25,808 nucleotides of DNA from a virus (lineage: Duplodnaviria > Caudoviricetes), in the IMG/VR virus record IMGVR_UViG_3300048861_000153, positions 1 to 25,808 of that record; one strand, written 5' to 3'. The position numbers were made by a program, and so were the translations under genes. The notes beneath the pieces are model-generated. The model was not told the DNA's origin. It did no database searches and worked only from the letters and a program-made list of their open reading frames with translations. Below are positions 25,548-25,808 of the stretch, in pieces (the first letter of the stretch is position 1; each line of letters opens with the position of its first letter).

Positions 25548-25808
25548 GCATCCCCGACAACAAAAAACATCTTCGTGGCTTCGTCCGGAGTTTCACCGTA
25601 CGCTGTAAGCGCCTTCCAGGGGCATTTCAACGCGCATTCATGCGTTGAACGAATGAGGCCTGCAATCTATCCCTCAAATCACTCAAAACATTGATCTGTG
25701 GAAGTAAAAATCAACCTTGCAAGCGGTCTGCGACCTGATTTGCTCCAGAGATCCACCCACCACCCGGTGATCTCCGATAAGATGCCTATAATGAGTTGTT
25801 TAATCAAA

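Larger units (their letters stand above)
1..25808. mobile_element. Temperate siphovirus/prophage segment (lysogeny module, attP-like site, complete head-tail morphogenesis operon)
   Basis: Integrase, Xis-like gene, tRNA-derived att core and canonical terminase-portal-protease-capsid-neck-tail gene order; no host housekeeping genes seen. Confidence 0.97.

Noticed and set aside
25544-25666. Short minus frame containing AYGETPDEA, reminiscent of HicB-like proteins
   Set aside because: Only 40 codons after an in-frame TAG, with no well-placed start; one short motif is not enough.
1-25808. CRISPR or mini-array
   Set aside because: No regularly spaced 25-40 bp repeats with unique spacers seen; short repeats found are explained as att arms or operators.

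Overview
The whole window is temperate siphovirus (HK97/lambda-like architecture) DNA. Left end: 5' part of a LexA-like winged-helix regulator (minus strand, cut by the window edge), divergent from an excisionase-like HTH gene and a tyrosine integrase. Directly after the integrase is an att core made of the 3' 49 bp of a tRNA-Thr(CGT), flanked on both sides by matching arm-type repeats. Phage genes lie on both sides of it, so it reads as attP (excised/virion form, or a tandem junction). A short accessory block follows (RHH protein, hypotheticals, an uncalled 41-aa zinc-finger microprotein). From 3527 to the right end runs a minus-strand late operon: terminases, portal, ClpP-type protease, capsid, neck, tail tube, chaperones with a -1 frameshift, tape measure, tail tip (with PA14 and CBM-like domains), three tandem paralogous small tail proteins, a Cys/His-rich protein, and a 941-aa tail-fibre-like LamG/SGNH protein that unexpectedly carries a Sec-type signal peptide and 12 apparently paired cysteines. 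An Acidobacteriota host is a guess from protein style only. All family calls come from motif recognition by eye, not database searches.
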